The position numbers were made by a program, and so were the translations under genes. A stretch of DNA of 64,000 bases from Octopus vulgaris (lineage: Eukaryota). Location of the stretch: NCBI GenBank assembly GCA_951406725.2, contig OX597826.1, forward strand, positions 61,442,001 through 61,506,000, given 5' to 3'. Positions 13,112 through 25,443 of this stretch are shown here, piece by piece. Position 1 is the stretch's first letter. Every line of letters begins with the position of its first letter. Below the pieces are notes generated by a model that ran no database searches, was not told where the DNA came from, and was given only the letters and a program-made list of their open reading frames with translations.

Positions 13112-13120
<9 letters not shown>
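12708..13120 (-). mobile_element. Non-autonomous Helitron
   Basis: Minus strand 5' TATATAAACGGCAGTTTGTCTGTCTG; 3' hairpin CCCGG-GAAACG-CCGGG followed by terminal CTAG|T. Confidence 0.75.
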
Positions 13121-13172
<52 letters not shown>

Positions 13173-13594
13173 TAGATAGATAGATACATACATACATACA
13201 TACATACATACATACATACATACATACATACATGTGTGTGCGAGTGCTTTTTAAATTCTATGTATGTTAAATGATATTTATCTCTCACTGGATGGAATAC
13301 CTTATTTGTTGACCCTACCAACAAAGAAACAGTAAACTATATGCTACTGAACCTCCTAGAACAAGTCACGAATATCTAAGCCTTTTCCAAATTTAATTAG
13401 GGTGCCTCTGAAGAAAAACAAACAATACCAAAGTAAGCTATCCCCAGAAACACTTTCCATTTTACAAGAATAAAAGCCAACCCAAAATAACGAGACTAAG
13501 ATGTAAGAAATTCACAGTCGAACATAAAATATATTTGTATTCCTATCATCAGCTACTCAAACAGATATTACAACGCTTTTTGTATGTGTAAATT

Positions 13595-14272
13595 TTTAAA
13601 GACTTAACCGGTTTCACAGATTTCTTTGATTTTCAAAGGGTGAGATAAAAAGACGTGGAGCTATGTTGCAACTGTATTGATTTTCTTTGGATTTCAAAGA
13701 TTCTCGTGTTTTTATTGAGAGGACACAGCTGAAATTAGAATCAGTTTTGGATACGTTTTGACTGGCCGAGTATGATCACGTGATTAGATTTAGAAACTTT
13801 TGTAAGTTTTCCGCTGTGTCCATTCTTGAATGTCAAGTGACGGTATCTTTGATGTCGTAAGTTAAAGCTGTCATGATTGAATGAATATGTCAATTGTCAA
13901 TCCCCCAAAATGAAGACTGTCTGAATTTTATGTCAAATGTGGTAGAAGAAGACCACGTGATTAGCCTTAGCAATTTTTTGTAGGTTCCCCGCTATGTCCA
14001 TGCGTTAATATTATGTTGCTATATGTTTTGCGCCGTAAATTTAAGCTGACACGGTTGAGTGAATATGTCTAGTTCCAGTTCCCGAAAGGGGCTCTCTAAC
14101 TCTGTGAAATGATTAAAGTGGACAGGAGTTGTTTCTATGGAGCCCAGTGGTTGTATAATTATGGTTTGTGTCTATGAACGCAGATACTATCAGAAGAAAG
14201 ACAGTTGCAACATAGCTGTGTCAACTTTTGAGAATCAGAGAAATTTGTGAAACAGGTTAAGTCATTAAAAAA
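13595..14272. repeat. Element with diverged inverted ends (13595-13675 / 14200-14272) and an internal ~178-bp direct repeat; probable Penelope-type remnant
   Basis: GACTTAACCGGTTTCACAGATTTCT...GCTATGTTGCAACTGT mirrored at the right end; CACGTGATTAG recurs at ~13777 and ~13954. Confidence 0.55.
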
Positions 14273-14578
14273 TTGAAAATAAAAAATCTAAACGAATCCC
14301 AGTACATTTTAACTTCACTTTTCTATATTTCTACCCGTGTGGAATAAAATAACTTTACACACACACACACACACACATATATATATTTATAATTATAATT
14401 TAGGGTATATAAGAGATACCTCCACGCTTGAAATAGCAGCCAAAACTTGACTCTAAAATCACATTAAATGTTCATACGGCACCAGGAGAGAAGACATTTG
14501 GTCTCCTAATTCTCCAGATCACGTGAGCATACGTGCATATATATGTATGTATAGTTCGTATATGTAAGTATTCGTATG

Positions 14579-14632
<54 letters not shown>

Positions 14633-14689
14633 ATATGTATATATGTTACTATCTGTGTATATTCCACAGATGAGGCAAAGCATTTCTTA

Positions 14690-15140
14690 TGCAAAGCCAG
14701 AAATCCGTGATTTGGAATTATCCAGTAATTTTTTTGCTAGTTTATCTTGTCCTTTTGTCTTCTCTCCTGGTGCTGATTGAACATTTGTTTTATATTCATG
14801 TTGGGTAAGGCTTGAGTCCTCATGATAGGGTAGATACCAACAGTTTGGGTAGGGCCATACATAGTTCAACAATGTTGTGATCTGAGAGTGCAGTTGGTGT
14901 CACCTTCACATTATGGATAAGGTCCACATTATTTGTGAAGCAGTTGTCCAATATGCTGTTTCCCCTGGTTGCTCCATGAACAGCATATTAATAATAGCTC
15001 TACATCATTTGATTTCATACAATGACATCCCACATAGGGTGTGGCCCTCTGATTATTTAACATGTGGGAAGTCGAAGTCACCTAGGAAGAATATGTTCAT
15101 GTTCTGATCTAGTTTTGTTAATACCTCTTCCATATACATA
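14690..15140 (-). mobile_element. Degraded APE-region fragment of a CR1/L2-group LINE
   Basis: Similar to 11050-11480 ([24 protein letters not shown]). Confidence 0.7.
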
Positions 15141-15150
15141 GACATACATA

Positions 15151-16005
15151 CAGGGGTTGGACAAAATAATAGAAACACCTACAAATTTCAAACAAATTTA
15201 TTTTAATACAGGGTAGGATCGCCTTTGACAGTAATTACAGCTTGAATTCTACGAGGTATGAACTCGTACAAAGTTTGAATTGTTTCCAAAGGAATTTTTG
15301 TCCATTCTTCAGCTAAAACAGTCTCTACTTCTTGTAGTGAGGATGGTGGAAGATATCGACTCCCTACTTGTTTTTCTAAAATGCACCATAAACGTTCAAT
15401 AATATTGAGATCTGGGGACTGTGGTGGCCAGATAAGATTTTCAGCTTCACTAGAATGTTCCACGTGCCATTCAGTAATAACTTTAGCTGTGTGAATTGGT
15501 GCATTATCACCCTGAAAGATTGCGTTTCTCTCCAGAAATAGTTCCGGAACCATAGGATGAATTTGGTCAGGTAAAATTCTTAAATAGTATTGACTATCAA
15601 TTCTGCCATGAAAGGAAACCATTGGGCCGGCAGATTTTCAAGATATAGCCACCCAGATCATCACAGATCTTCCTACATGTTTAACAGTTGGAAGAAGGCA
15701 GTCAGGGTTAAATACTTCTTTGGCTGGTGGTCGAAAATAAGGTAAAAGATGACTCGTCCGAGAAAATAACATTCTTTCGCTGCTCTAGGGACCAATTCTG
15801 TAGGGTTTTACGCCACTCTAAACGCTTTGCAACGCTTGTTTTTGAAAGTAGTTGTTTTCTGATTCCAGCCCTCTCATGAAATCTGGCTGTGTACAGCTCT
15901 CAGCGAACAGTTTTTTGGAAACTGGGTTCTCGAAGTGGTCATTAAGCTCTGCAGTAATTTTGGGAAATGTACTTTTGTTATAGTTTCTAATAATTTGCGT
16001 AAGAG
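15151..16005 (-). mobile_element. Tc1-like (DD34E) transposon, 3' part, degraded
   Basis: TA|CAGGGGTTGGACAAAATAA terminus; FQGDNAPIH...WPPQSPDLNIIERLW in ORF 15203-15622; FSDES motif upstream. Confidence 0.85.
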
Positions 16006-16018
16006 TCCGACGATCCGA

Positions 16019-16683
16019 ATCTCCGACATGTCATGTAATGTTATGGATTGTCCCTACCCCTCTGGCGAATCTCTGAAATATCATGTAATGCTATGGATTG
16101 GGTCTGCTCCTCTGGTGAATCCGTGACATGTCATGTAATGTTATGGAAGAACCCTGTCCCTCTGGCGAATACCCGACATGTCATGTAATGTTATGGGTTG
16201 GGTCTGCCCCTCTGGCGAATCTGTGAGATGCCATGTCATGTTATGGATTGACCCTGTCCCTCTGGCGAAGCTCCGACATGTCATGTAATGTTATGGATAA
16301 GGTCAGCCCCTCAGCGAATCCGTGATATATCATGCAATGTTATGGATTGGCCCTACCCCTCTGGCGAATCTCCGACATGTCATGTAATGCTATCGATTGG
16401 GTCTGCCCCTCTGGCGAATCCGTGACATGTCATGTAAAGTTATGGATTGACTCTACCCCTCTGGCCAATCTCTGAAATGTCATGTAATGTTATTGGTTGG
16501 GTCTGCCCCTCTGGCGAATCCATGCCATGTCATGTAATGTTATGGATTAGTCCTGCCCCTCTGGCGAATCTCCGACATGTCATGTAATGTCATGGATTGA
16601 GTCTGCCTTTCTGGCGAATCCCTGACATGTCTTGTAATGTTATTGATTGGCCCTGCCCTGGCAAATCCCCCCGACATGTAATG
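16019..16683. repeat. 50-bp tandem minisatellite, ~13 units, alternating A/B variants (100-bp dimer)
   Basis: ATCTCCGACATGTCATGTAATGTTATGGATTG..CCCTCTGGCGA at a 50-nt period; units alternate CCCT(A/G) and GGTCTG. Confidence 0.92.
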
Positions 16684-17610
16684 TCTTTTTGGCATTGAAC
16701 TTTGTGGAATTTCTGCCCACTTTTCATGCAACAATCGAAAGAATTCACCTGGCTCTATCTCGTATTCTCCAAAGATTTTCAATTCGGTTCATGTCTGGAG
16801 ATTTTCTCGACCAAGGAAGCTTTTTCATCCTATTTTCCGTTAGCCGTTGTTGATTCCTTTTCGCTGTGGAAGATGGTGCCCCATCTTCCATGAATAAAAA
16901 CTCATTTTTCGTTATGTTATTATGAGAATACATCGGAAGTAGTCCTTGCTTAAGTATTTCGATGTATTTTTCAGAAGTTATGGTTCCAATACATTCAATC
17001 AGCTCAGAACGACCATTGCTGGTGACAACTCTCCATACCGTTACAGAGATACCACCATGTTTCTCAGTTGGTTGGAGTCGTTTCAAATCAAATTCTTGAT
17101 TTAGAAGCCTCTAGACCCAACCACGTCCACTGTCTGAAAATAATGCAAATTCATCTGAGAAAACCACTCTATCCCAAAATGAACTGGATTTTTCTGGCAC
17201 ATCCTCATTTCTTTCTTTTCATGATATTAATTGGTTGAAGGAGAGGTTTTCTTCAAGCTTATGCAAATATATAACATACGTTCTTGGACTAACTTCTAGC
17301 TGTTTTGTAATATCAGAAGCCTTTGAACGGGGGTTCGTTTTCCACAATTCTCTTCAAACAGTGAAGCTTCCTTTCCAAGGGCCCAGGTCAGCCGGGACGA
17401 GAATCTGTTGATTCTTTTCCTTGGCTTTTGAATTGCACTATAATTCTATTTACAGTAGCAAGAGGAATTTGAAGATTTTCGGCAGTTTTTCGTTAGTAAA
17501 AACCTGTCTCAGATTGCCCAACAATACAACCTCTTTGGAAATCTGACAGTTCTGCTGAACTTTTTGTAAATGGCATGGTTACTCTTTGAAAATGTTTAAT
17601 ATGATGGCAC
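16684..17610 (-). mobile_element. Second Tc1-like transposase pseudogene
   Basis: PTEKHGGISVTVW, FMEDGAPSS, WSRKSPDMNRIENLW; frameshifted. Confidence 0.8.
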
Positions 17611-17639
17611 CTGGAATGAAAAAGAATAATTACATTTTA

Positions 17640-17830
17640 TGTTTGTCTGTCTGTGTTTTCCCCCCACCATCGATTAACAACTGATGATGGTGGATTTACA
17701 TCCTCATAACGGTTCAGCAAAAAGGGACTGATAGAATAAGTACTAAGCTTACAAAGAATAAGTCGTGTGGTTGATTTGTTCGACTAAAAAGCAATACTCA
17801 AATGACTGAAACAAGTAATAGAGTAAAAGA
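17640..17830 (+). mobile_element. SINE 3' portion
   Basis: GATAGAATAAGTACT...GATTTGTTCGACTAAA...AATGACTGAAACAAGTAA, same family as 52400-52605. Confidence 0.65.
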
Positions 17831-17974
17831 ACATATATACATAAGAGGTACTGAAAAGTTCCTAACTTTAAGGGTATCACGTAAAGTGTGGTTGGAGTCC
17901 CAACCTTCTGAGTTCTTTTACAGGGATTAGAAAAATTGAAGGGCCACTGCAATAAGCATGTGAGTCTGAGAATG

Positions 17975-20021
17975 GAATATGCCCCAACTATGCGAACCTG
18001 TTTGTGGGCTATGTTGAGGCGCAAATATTCTCTAGTTTCACTGGTCCCACTCCCGAACTATATGGCCGTTATATTGACGACAGTATCGGTGCCACCTCAC
18101 TCTCCCGCGAACGTCTAGACTCCTTCCTCTCTTTTGTCAAATCTTTCCATCCTGTCCTCCATTTGTCCTGCACTATCTCTGACACCTCTGTCTCCTTTCT
18201 TGACATTTCGGTCAGCATTCATCACTCCACTCTTACCACCTTCATCTACTACAAACACACAGACTCACACTCATACCTCAACTTCTCCTCCCCCGACCCC
18301 AAACACACCAAGCTTTCCATCCCCTATTCCCAATTCCTCCGTCTACGCAGGCTTTGTAGTGATGACCATGACTTTGGGACTCAGTCTCAACTCATGGCTC
18401 ACCACTTCATCCTACGTGGATATCCCCTCTCCACTATCCACACCGCCCTTGCCAGAGCACGTTCTGTGGACCGTGCATCTGCTCCCCCCCGAACCCACCC
18501 TGCAATATCTCGCCTCCCTTTTCCCCTCACCTACCACTCCACCCACTTACCTTCCCAACGCACCATTATCAGAGCTTTCCAGTCCGACCCGTCCACTTCA
18601 CACATCTTCCCTAACCGATCCCTCCCCTCCTTCAAACGAGCCCACAACCTACGAGACCTCTTGGTCCACAGCTTCTTCCCCAACCCTACCTCCCAACCTG
18701 GCTCGTTCCCCTGCTCCCGCCCACGCTGCCGCACTTACCCTTACCTCTCCAACACCACCCTTCTCACCGGCACCCATCATCGACCCTATCACATCACCGA
18801 CTCTTTCACCTGCACCCACACCAATATCCTCTATTGCATCTCCTGTTCTTTCTGCCATTCTCTGTATACCGGACAAACGGGACGCCGCTTGGCTGACCGG
18901 TTCGCGGAACACCTCCGAGACATCCGCCTCGGCAATGAGACCCCGGTCTCACGCCATTTCCGTTCTACTGGTCACTCTTTGCAACACATCCGTGTTCGGA
19001 TTGTCCTTGCACAGAAGCCATGCTGACTCCCGTCTGCGCCCTGAACAGGGATTAATCTTCTCTCTTCGTTCTTTTACGCCATTTGGGCTCAACTCTCCTC
19101 CACTCTTCATCTAACCTCCTCCCATTGCCTCTCTCCCCTCACTCCTACTTCCTCTCACCCAACTCTCCTCTCTTGCCTCGAATCCTACTTCTCTCCTCTC
19201 TCTTACTCTCTTTCTCTCTTTCTCTCTTCTCTCTTACTTTTTCACTCTCTCTTTCTCTCTTCTCTCAAACTCTCTTTCTCATCTCTCTCTTCTCTCTTAC
19301 ACTCTCTCCTCACATACCCACCTTCCCCTTCCCCCTTTATCGTCATACCTCCCCCATAAGCCCACCCCACCCCTACACATTCCTACTCCACCTTCCCTAT
19401 CCTTCCCATCCCCCCATCCTATCCCCTACACTCTCTCCCACATACCCCACCCCTAACCCCACCCTCTGCCTACTCACATACCCCAACTCTACTCCAACCC
19501 TCAGCCGAACCCACACCCCACCCATGCTTTCCCCACTCTCGCCTCCCCCACCCCCCAACAACATCACACTACACCATACTACATCATACAACATTACACA
19601 TCACAACACACCACCCCTACACCAGCACTGATCAATTCCCATCCCCACATTTTCACACCTACACATACATACACGTAAAAAAAAAAGTCCACCAGCCCTC
19701 TTTCACACCCACATACATACTCTCTTATACACACACACATCTTCGTGTTGGGGGTCATCTTTACTTTGTTATCTCCCCTACTTCTTCGCTCTCCTGTGTG
19801 ACCCTTCTGTCCGGCAGTCGCCATGATAGATCGGTAGCCACTAAACACATTTTCTCTCTCCTTGTTTCTCTCCTTGTTTTTTTTCTGTGTCCCTTTCTGT
19901 AGAAGAGCGTAGGCTCGAAATGTAAAAGACTTTTTCTATTCCTGAACGTTATACTAATACATCTGTTTGTTTTGTGTTGTGCGCCACCTGTCTTCGTCTT
20001 TTGTTTTTTTTCGTGAACTCT

Positions 20022-20025
<4 letters not shown>
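17975..20025 (+). mobile_element. Penelope-like element 3' part (RT C-terminus + GIY-YIG endonuclease, CT-rich spacer, pLTR with hammerhead variant)
   Basis: ORF 18004-19026: YGRYIDD, FLDISV, CxxxxC linker, ILYCISC..LYTGQT..RFAEH. Hammerhead-like motif at 19893-19928. Confidence 0.88.
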
Positions 20026-20055
<30 letters not shown>

Positions 20056-20058
<3 letters not shown>

Positions 20059-20390
20059 AGGTGCATGGCTCAGTGGTTAGAGCGTCGAACTTATGACCAT
20101 GGGGTTGTGGGTTTAGATCTCGGACCGGGCTGCGTGCTGTGTTCTTGAGCAAGACACTTTATTTCACGTTGCTCCAGTTCACTCAGCTGTAGAAATGAGT
20201 CGCGACGTCACTGGTGCCAAGCTGTATCGGCCCCTTTGCCTTTCCCTTGGATAACATGAGTGGTGTGGAGAGGGGAGGTCGGTATGCATGGGTGACTGCT
20301 GGTCTTCCATAAACAACTTTGCCCGGACTTGTGCTGAACTTTTGTGATGCAATTCCATAGTCATTCATGACTGAAGGGAGTCGTTACCCT
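20056..20390 (+). mobile_element. tRNA-derived SINE
   Basis: A box TGGCTCAGTGG, degenerate B box, conserved core TTGAGCAAGACACTTTATTTCAC...CAGTTCACTCAGCTG; flanked by (TA)n. Confidence 0.85.
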
Positions 20391-20391
20391 T

Positions 20392-20469
<78 letters not shown>

Positions 20470-20471
<2 letters not shown>

Positions 20472-21530
20472 CTAACTTTATGAAGAGCATCCAGCATGTA
20501 ACTAACTCCATCCACTTGAATATTTAAGTAACAACAGATTTCCTTAGCAAACACCCTAACAACTGACAATCGATTTTAGACACACAACTCTGGCTGGAGA
20601 CCAGGAGCAACAAGGTCCAGATCCTTCATTCCCACTATGCCAAACCCATGACCTCTAAATACGTCTACATGAACGCAGCTCTTGCAGATACTATCAAGTT
20701 CAGTATCCTAAAAGTGGACTTGTTAAATGTGATGATAAACGTATCATGCATGTGAGACCCAACGGAATTAGAAAGACACAACACTTCCTATCCATCGTAT
20801 CCAGTTGTCTAAGGACAGCCAAACAGATGGGATCAGAGTATACAAAGGATTCAAGGGTAAGTACAAGACCATAATAAAGAATGATGTAAATGGGATCTCC
20901 CGGCTATACAGGAGTAAATTGTGGAATAGCAAAGAAAGAACCTAAAAGATAGATAAAGCCAACTCATGGTATGACAACCGAGAATACCGGAATTTCATGT
21001 TCGTTTATGCTACCCCTGGAGGCGAATTAGCCTACCTTTTTAGGAAAATGTTAGATAAGATGAATCTACCAATTAAAGTTGTCAAAATATCAGGGACCCA
21101 AATAAAATCCTTGATCTGTAGAACACATCCATTTGAAAGAACCTCCTGAATGGATAGCAACTGTATAGTGTATAGGATAAACCCACAAATGAAGTGTAAG
21201 ACTGGGAATATAGTTTATAGTATTTGGTATACTAAGGGACGGTGCAGAAATAGAACAATGACATACGTTGAGGAGACAGCACGTAGCATAGGTGAGCAGA
21301 TAAGTGAACACTGGTGGGAGCTCAAGGAGGAGAAAAACTCGTCAGTGCCCTACCAACATGCTCAGTTAGAACACAGAAGCTTGGTTAATAACATAGAAGT
21401 TAAGATATTATAGACTTATAGAACAGACACGACACTCAGACAGACTACAGAAGTCACACATATAGCAGTAGGTAGATGGAGCCTCAACAGGAAATATGAA
21501 TGGAATAATAGCATCCCCACTCCACAACCT
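20470..21530 (+). mobile_element. Degraded Penelope-like element (same family as 35480-36340)
   Basis: ANSWYD, TPGGELAY, CKTGNIVYSI, TYVEETARSIGE GIY-YIG remnants with stops. Confidence 0.8.
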
Positions 21531-22494
21531 GATGACTAAAGACAAAATGAGAAGATAAAAATGGGACACATATACAAACAGTATAATACATAAACCCATA
21601 TACTCACACACGACACACATACACATACTAAAGACAGAATGAGAAAGAAAAAATAAGTAAAAGACACAAGTGCAAACAGTGTAGTAATCAAATCCATATA
21701 GACGCACACAAAACATAGACAGACGCGCGCGCACAAACACACAATAATGCGTAGATAGGGATACATGCCACAGTAAGACAAAACAGAACAAGAGAAGACA
21801 CGTGAGATAGAGTCGTTGAAGAGGCCAAGGGATGGGTGACGAAAGACCTTTGACAAAGAAAAATAATGATAATAAAATAAAGACCAAATATATAGTGCGT
21901 GTGTTTAATTAACAAACGATAATCACCCCCAAGTATAACAATATAATACAATATAATATATTACCATATGATATGATATAATCAATATCTATAAAGCTGA
22001 AATGTGAAAATGTTGTTTGATTTCCTGGTTATTTGTCTCATTTTGGGATGGGAACAGTTTAAGAGGTAGATGGGGTCGGATTGGCGCCAAAATTGACATA
22101 GGGGTAAAATGGGATAGGCAATGGTGTGAGCAGGATTGCAAGTCGCTCGAGGCTACCGTTTGGTTGCCATGGTGAGGAATATGGGAAAAATTGAGTTTTA
22201 TGGGATAGACAGGTTGCGCTGTTTGAATAATGGTGGCTTTTCGTGTTGCTACAGGGGCTAGAGGCGGTTATCTTTAATGTAATCTATAAAATGAAGAAGG
22301 CGAATGTTGATACAAATTGGATTTTTACGTATCCATTACATAAACCTTCCTCATTTAAGCATTTCATTACGTAAACATTTCGAAATGAATCTTTGATCAG
22401 AAACAATACAAGTAGTATTCAACATTTCTTTTGTTTCAGGTAATTGTTTCTGATTTAAACAAATTTTAAAATTTTGTTTGTTAACATGTTTGTT

Positions 22495-22700
22495 AACATG
22501 GCAGAACTATAACCACGCCGGATAGAAGGTTTAGCAGTATTTCTTCCGACTTATCCTTCTGAGTTCAAATTCCGCTAGAGTAGAATTTGCCTTTCGTTCT
22601 CTCCAGGTCGAAAAAATAAATACTAGTTGAACTCTACGATCGATGTAAGCAACTTCTCTCCTTCCCGGAAATTGCTGGCATCGTGCTAAAATTTGAAACA
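22495..22700 (+). mobile_element. Degraded SINE (same family as 57676)
   Basis: GGCAGAA...TTAGCAGTATTTC...TTCTGAGTTCAAATTCCGC. Confidence 0.65.
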
Positions 22701-22880
22701 AATATATTGTTTTGCATGATTATCATTAAGAAGAAAACAAATGTCAGACGTTTTAGTATTCTAGCTATCCTCATATTAATCTTATTTCATTGTGTAACTT
22801 ACTCTGCTTGACTTCTGGCTGAATTATAAAGCAATGAACAATTAATTGAATAATGAGTATTTAATAAAATGTCAAATTAC

Positions 22881-23028
22881 TTGCACATCAAATCCATCTG
22901 ACTTTTTATCGCTTCTGAAGTCATTTCTATTGAGACTGGGGCACTTAATTTCGCTGTACAATTCTGAAATTCACTTAAAGCTGTTTGCATACAACCATTG
23001 CTCAATGTTATCCACAGAAAAATAGTAA
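22881..23028 (-). CDS. Gene B exon 2 (end of signal peptide + first Cys segment)
   Basis: tttcag acceptor and gtaatt donor, 148 nt, phase 1 to 2. Encodes (V)TIFLWITLSNGCMQTALSEFQNCTAKLSAPVSIEMTSEAIKSQMDLMC. Confidence 0.87.
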
Positions 23029-23690
23029 CTGAAATATAGAATGAATAAGAAGTTATTTAAAGAAATAGTTATAAATATTTATGCTTTTAATTATGTAATG
23101 TGTGTCTGTTTTGTTTTGAGTGAGCTTATGCGTGTGTATACTTGGCCAACGATTTTTTAATTGTGTTTTCAAAGTTTTACGCAACATTGCAATATTATAC
23201 AGTATATGTGTGGTAATATTTGCAATAACGTGGGTTTAAGTTGGATACCATTGCGCAGCACCACGTTGAATAAATATCTTCTATTAGACCACCAAGTTCT
23301 ATTCATTCTTGGTGAGACTGGGATATTTAATTTCGCTGTACAATTCTGAAATTCACTTAAAGCTGTTTGCATACAACCATTGCTCAATGTTATCCACAGA
23401 AAAATAGTAACTGAAATATAGAATGGATAAGAAGTTATTTAAAGAAATAGTTATAAATATTTATGCGTTTAATTATGTAATGTGTGTCTTTTTTGAGCGA
23501 GCCTATGCGTGTGTATACTTGGCCACGATTTACATTATTGAGTTTTCAAACTCTTAGCATTTACACAAGATTACAAAATTATACAGTATATGTGTGGTAA
23601 TATTTGCAATAACGTGGGTTTAAGTTGGATTCCATTGCGCAGCACCACATTGAATAAATGCCTTCTACTAGACCGCCAGGTTGATCAATA
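22932..23690. repeat. 382-bp tandem duplication carrying a partial copy of exon 2 (23313-23410) and its acceptor
   Basis: GAGACTGG..TTAATTTCGCTGTACAATTCTGAAATTCAC...AATAGTAACTGAAAT occurs twice, 382 nt apart. Confidence 0.9.
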
Positions 23691-24471
23691 AACTGTAACA
23701 AAAATGTTGAATTGGAAGGCAGAAACAATCTGTAATCAGGAATTGTACACAGAAATATGTACCCACCTCCATACATTTATTTACTTGAACGAACAAGCAA
23801 TATAAAAATAAGAAAAGTTATCTGGGGTTCTGTACATTGCAGTTCTCTCGGGCAACTTTACTGTGGAAATGAATATTAGGTTTCCCAATGATTGTGCCAA
23901 TTAAATCAATAGTACTGTAATGGGAATTCGGCTTACAGGGTAGTAAGGAGGAATACCGGCTACATTCTCAGACTATCAACCAGTCAATAGAACCAGGATG
24001 TCTCAAAGTGCCTGATGAAATGGCTTGGTTATGTAATTGAGTTATGTTATACATCGAAGGACAAATAAATTGACATTCAATACAAACATGCGTTGCATAA
24101 TGTGAATAAAATCCACACACACATACATATATACATATCTATATCAAAGGTCCACAGATAAATACATGGAATTAAATAACTATATACATAAACAAAATAT
24201 AATAAATTATATTAAATTAAATTAATACAAAAAAAGAAAGAAATGAGAAAGTAAAGATAAAAACAAATTACTAAAATAAATAAAAGTAAGTTAAAAGAAC
24301 ATGATTAAACACGGGATGCTGATAATGTAAGTACCATACACATTCCCACACACACACTAATGATAAACACAGAGATATACGAATGCGCAAATAAAGACAC
24401 ATGCAACAGGAATACAAAATGGCAGAAAGTTAGGAAGGAGAGACACAAAAACGAAAGAAGAAAGCAAAGTA

Positions 24472-24511
24472 CTACTGATGAGGTCACAGAAGTGTGACGA
24501 AAGAGCTGTGG
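24472..24511 (+). ncRNA. Penelope-type minimal hammerhead motif (likely inactive triplet)
   Basis: CTA-CTGATGA-G-GTCACA-GAAG-TGTGAC-GAAA-GAGCTG-TGG. Confidence 0.6.
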
Positions 24512-24610
24512 CTGAAATACAATATAAAATAAAGCTGAAGCAAGTTGCCTAAACTGGCAACATGACCATCCCCAAATACAACAAATACACACACACGCAC
24601 GCACGCACAC

Positions 24611-24657
<47 letters not shown>

Positions 24658-25395
24658 ATATATATATATATACGTATGTATGTATCACGGAGCTACGGAG
24701 AGGTACTTGTATAGCAAGTGATTTGATCCGAGATCGTGTGCTGAAACATAAGCAATTGAAGCATTTATGAGCCATTTAAAAACACAGAAAACCCGTTAGA
24801 TTCACTTCGGTCGCGGTTTCAAAGCGACGAAAATATTTTGACAAATTAAATTTAAATGTTGAAGTGAATCTAACGGTTTTTGTGTGTTTTTAAATACCTT
24901 ATAAGCTTATATATAAGCTTATAAGCAAATTTTCAAGATTTGAAAGGTGAAAAGAAATTTTTTTAAATTGAGGAAGGGTAAAAAAGAAATTTACAATGTT
25001 TTTTTTTCAAAAAAATAATAATAAACATATATAAAGATAAAAAAATAAGTATACCGATACATTGTAGAGTCTTTATGTTTTTTGAGTTCAATAATAGTCC
25101 TTGGAAAAAATTCCTTGGAGGATTAAGATCCATGTGATTAAACGTGGTGCTTAGTTTAAGGTGTTTGTTAAATGAATGCCAAAACAGGAAATGGGGTAGG
25201 AGTTTGAAAAAGACATTGCGAATTTCTTTTTTCCCCTTCCTCAATTTAAAAAAAAAATTATTTTCACCTTTCAAATCTTGAAAATTTGCTTTGCAATGAA
25301 AACCGATTAGAGTTATTTTTAAAATTTTCCATACACCCATTTTTATTAAAATTTACCTTCAATTTAGCATTCTACCTTTTTATAATTTTTCCTCT

Positions 25396-25442
<47 letters not shown>

Positions 25443-25443
<1 letters not shown>

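Noticed and set aside
16019-16683. CRISPR-like regular repeat array
   Set aside because: No unique spacers, no cas genes, eukaryotic context; it is a minisatellite.
18134-19631. Pro/Ser/Thr-rich mucin-like ORFs (326 aa, 182 aa)
   Set aside because: Alternative frames of a C-rich Penelope sequence and its low-complexity tail.
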